Part shown: one piece after another, positions 63,730 to 64,000 of the stretch | How the letters are laid out: each line of letters begins with the position of its first letter | Numbering within the stretch: the stretch's first letter is position 1 | Virus record (IMG/VR): IMGVR_UViG_3300037189_030782 | Reading direction: 5' to 3' (one strand) | Source of the DNA: a virus | Taxonomy: Duplodnaviria > Caudoviricetes | DNA length: 64,000 bases | Position numbers and translations under genes: made by a program | The notes under the pieces: model-generated | Databases searched by the model: none | The model's input: only the letters and a program-made list of their open reading frames with translations | Told to the model about the DNA's origin: nothing

Positions 63730-64000
63730 ATGGCATGCAATGTACCTGCTGTTTTTTTTCCGCGTATCTCAGCTCGCCGTGGCGAAATAGTGGACTTGAA
63801 TAATGAATTTTTTCTCGGCGGTAGGCCAACCAATCCATATGCAATTCGTAAAGTCGAGATCTATAAAACAAGTGTCATTCCAGGAAATTTAATCGCAGCC
63901 ATTCCGGTAGTGGATCCATGTGACCCATTATATCCGGCTCCATTGTGCCAGCCTGATACTATCACTCCTGTCTCACCATGCGATGTTACAGCAACACCGA
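63730..64000 (+). CDS. 5' part of a Cys/Pro-rich structural protein (runs off the right edge)
   Basis: MACNVPAVFFPRISARRGEIVDL...DPCDPLYPAPLCQP; open to the window end. Confidence 0.6.
   Translation, partial: MACNVPAVFFPRISARRGEIVDLNNEFFLGGRPTNPYAIRKVEIYKTSVIPGNLIAAIPVVDPCDPLYPAPLCQPDTITPVSPCDVTATP

Noticed and set aside
1036-63833. Many 60-160-aa antisense or alternative-frame ORFs in the track (e.g. 1036-1311, 3148-3564, 3605-4042, 29604-30065, 44642-45121, 50345-50728)
   Set aside because: They shadow well-supported genes on the other strand or frame and have no motifs or SD
1-64000. tRNA, rRNA, CRISPR array, transposase
   Set aside because: Intergenic gaps are short; no cloverleaf, repeat-spacer array or transposase motif recognised by eye
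1-64000. Stop-codon reassignment
   Set aside because: Conserved genes (recA, gmd, fcl, sheath, helicases) are full length in code 11 and end at TAA, TAG or TGA

Overview
The window is a gene-dense piece of a large dsDNA myovirus (T4-like/jumbo-type) genome, read in the standard genetic code. From left to right it holds: (i) a mosaic accessory region at 1-5.2 kb with duplicated small genes, a repeated 23-bp intergenic motif, two GC-rich structured repeats and a NADAR gene; (ii) tail/baseplate-type genes; (iii) Mre11(gp47)-like, DinG-like and Rad50(gp46)-like genes plus two head-to-head sigma-like genes; (iv) a PurZ-type adenylosuccinate-synthetase homologue (2-aminoadenine pathway signature) between two degenerate TIM-barrel genes; (v) a 2057-aa virion protein and a csrA gene missed by the ORF track; (vi) a large glycosylation set (gmd, fcl, several glycosyltransferases, a sulfotransferase, a Maf/DUF115-like protein, an NTP transferase, a radical SAM enzyme); (vii) a replication/recombination block (RecA, DnaB-like helicase, GroES-like, short PolA-like, UvsY-like, SSB, 5'-3' exonuclease, PhoH, dUTPase); and (viii) a secreted protein + papain-like peptidase pair followed by neck, tail terminator, sheath, three tube paralogues and a baseplate/chaperone pair with a probable +1 frameshift. 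All assignments come from motif recognition by eye; no database search was run. I found no tRNA, rRNA, CRISPR array or transposase. The strongest candidates for a new system are the DeoC-like/PurZ/TIM-barrel operon (with the atypical PolA) and the fucosylation/sulfation island.
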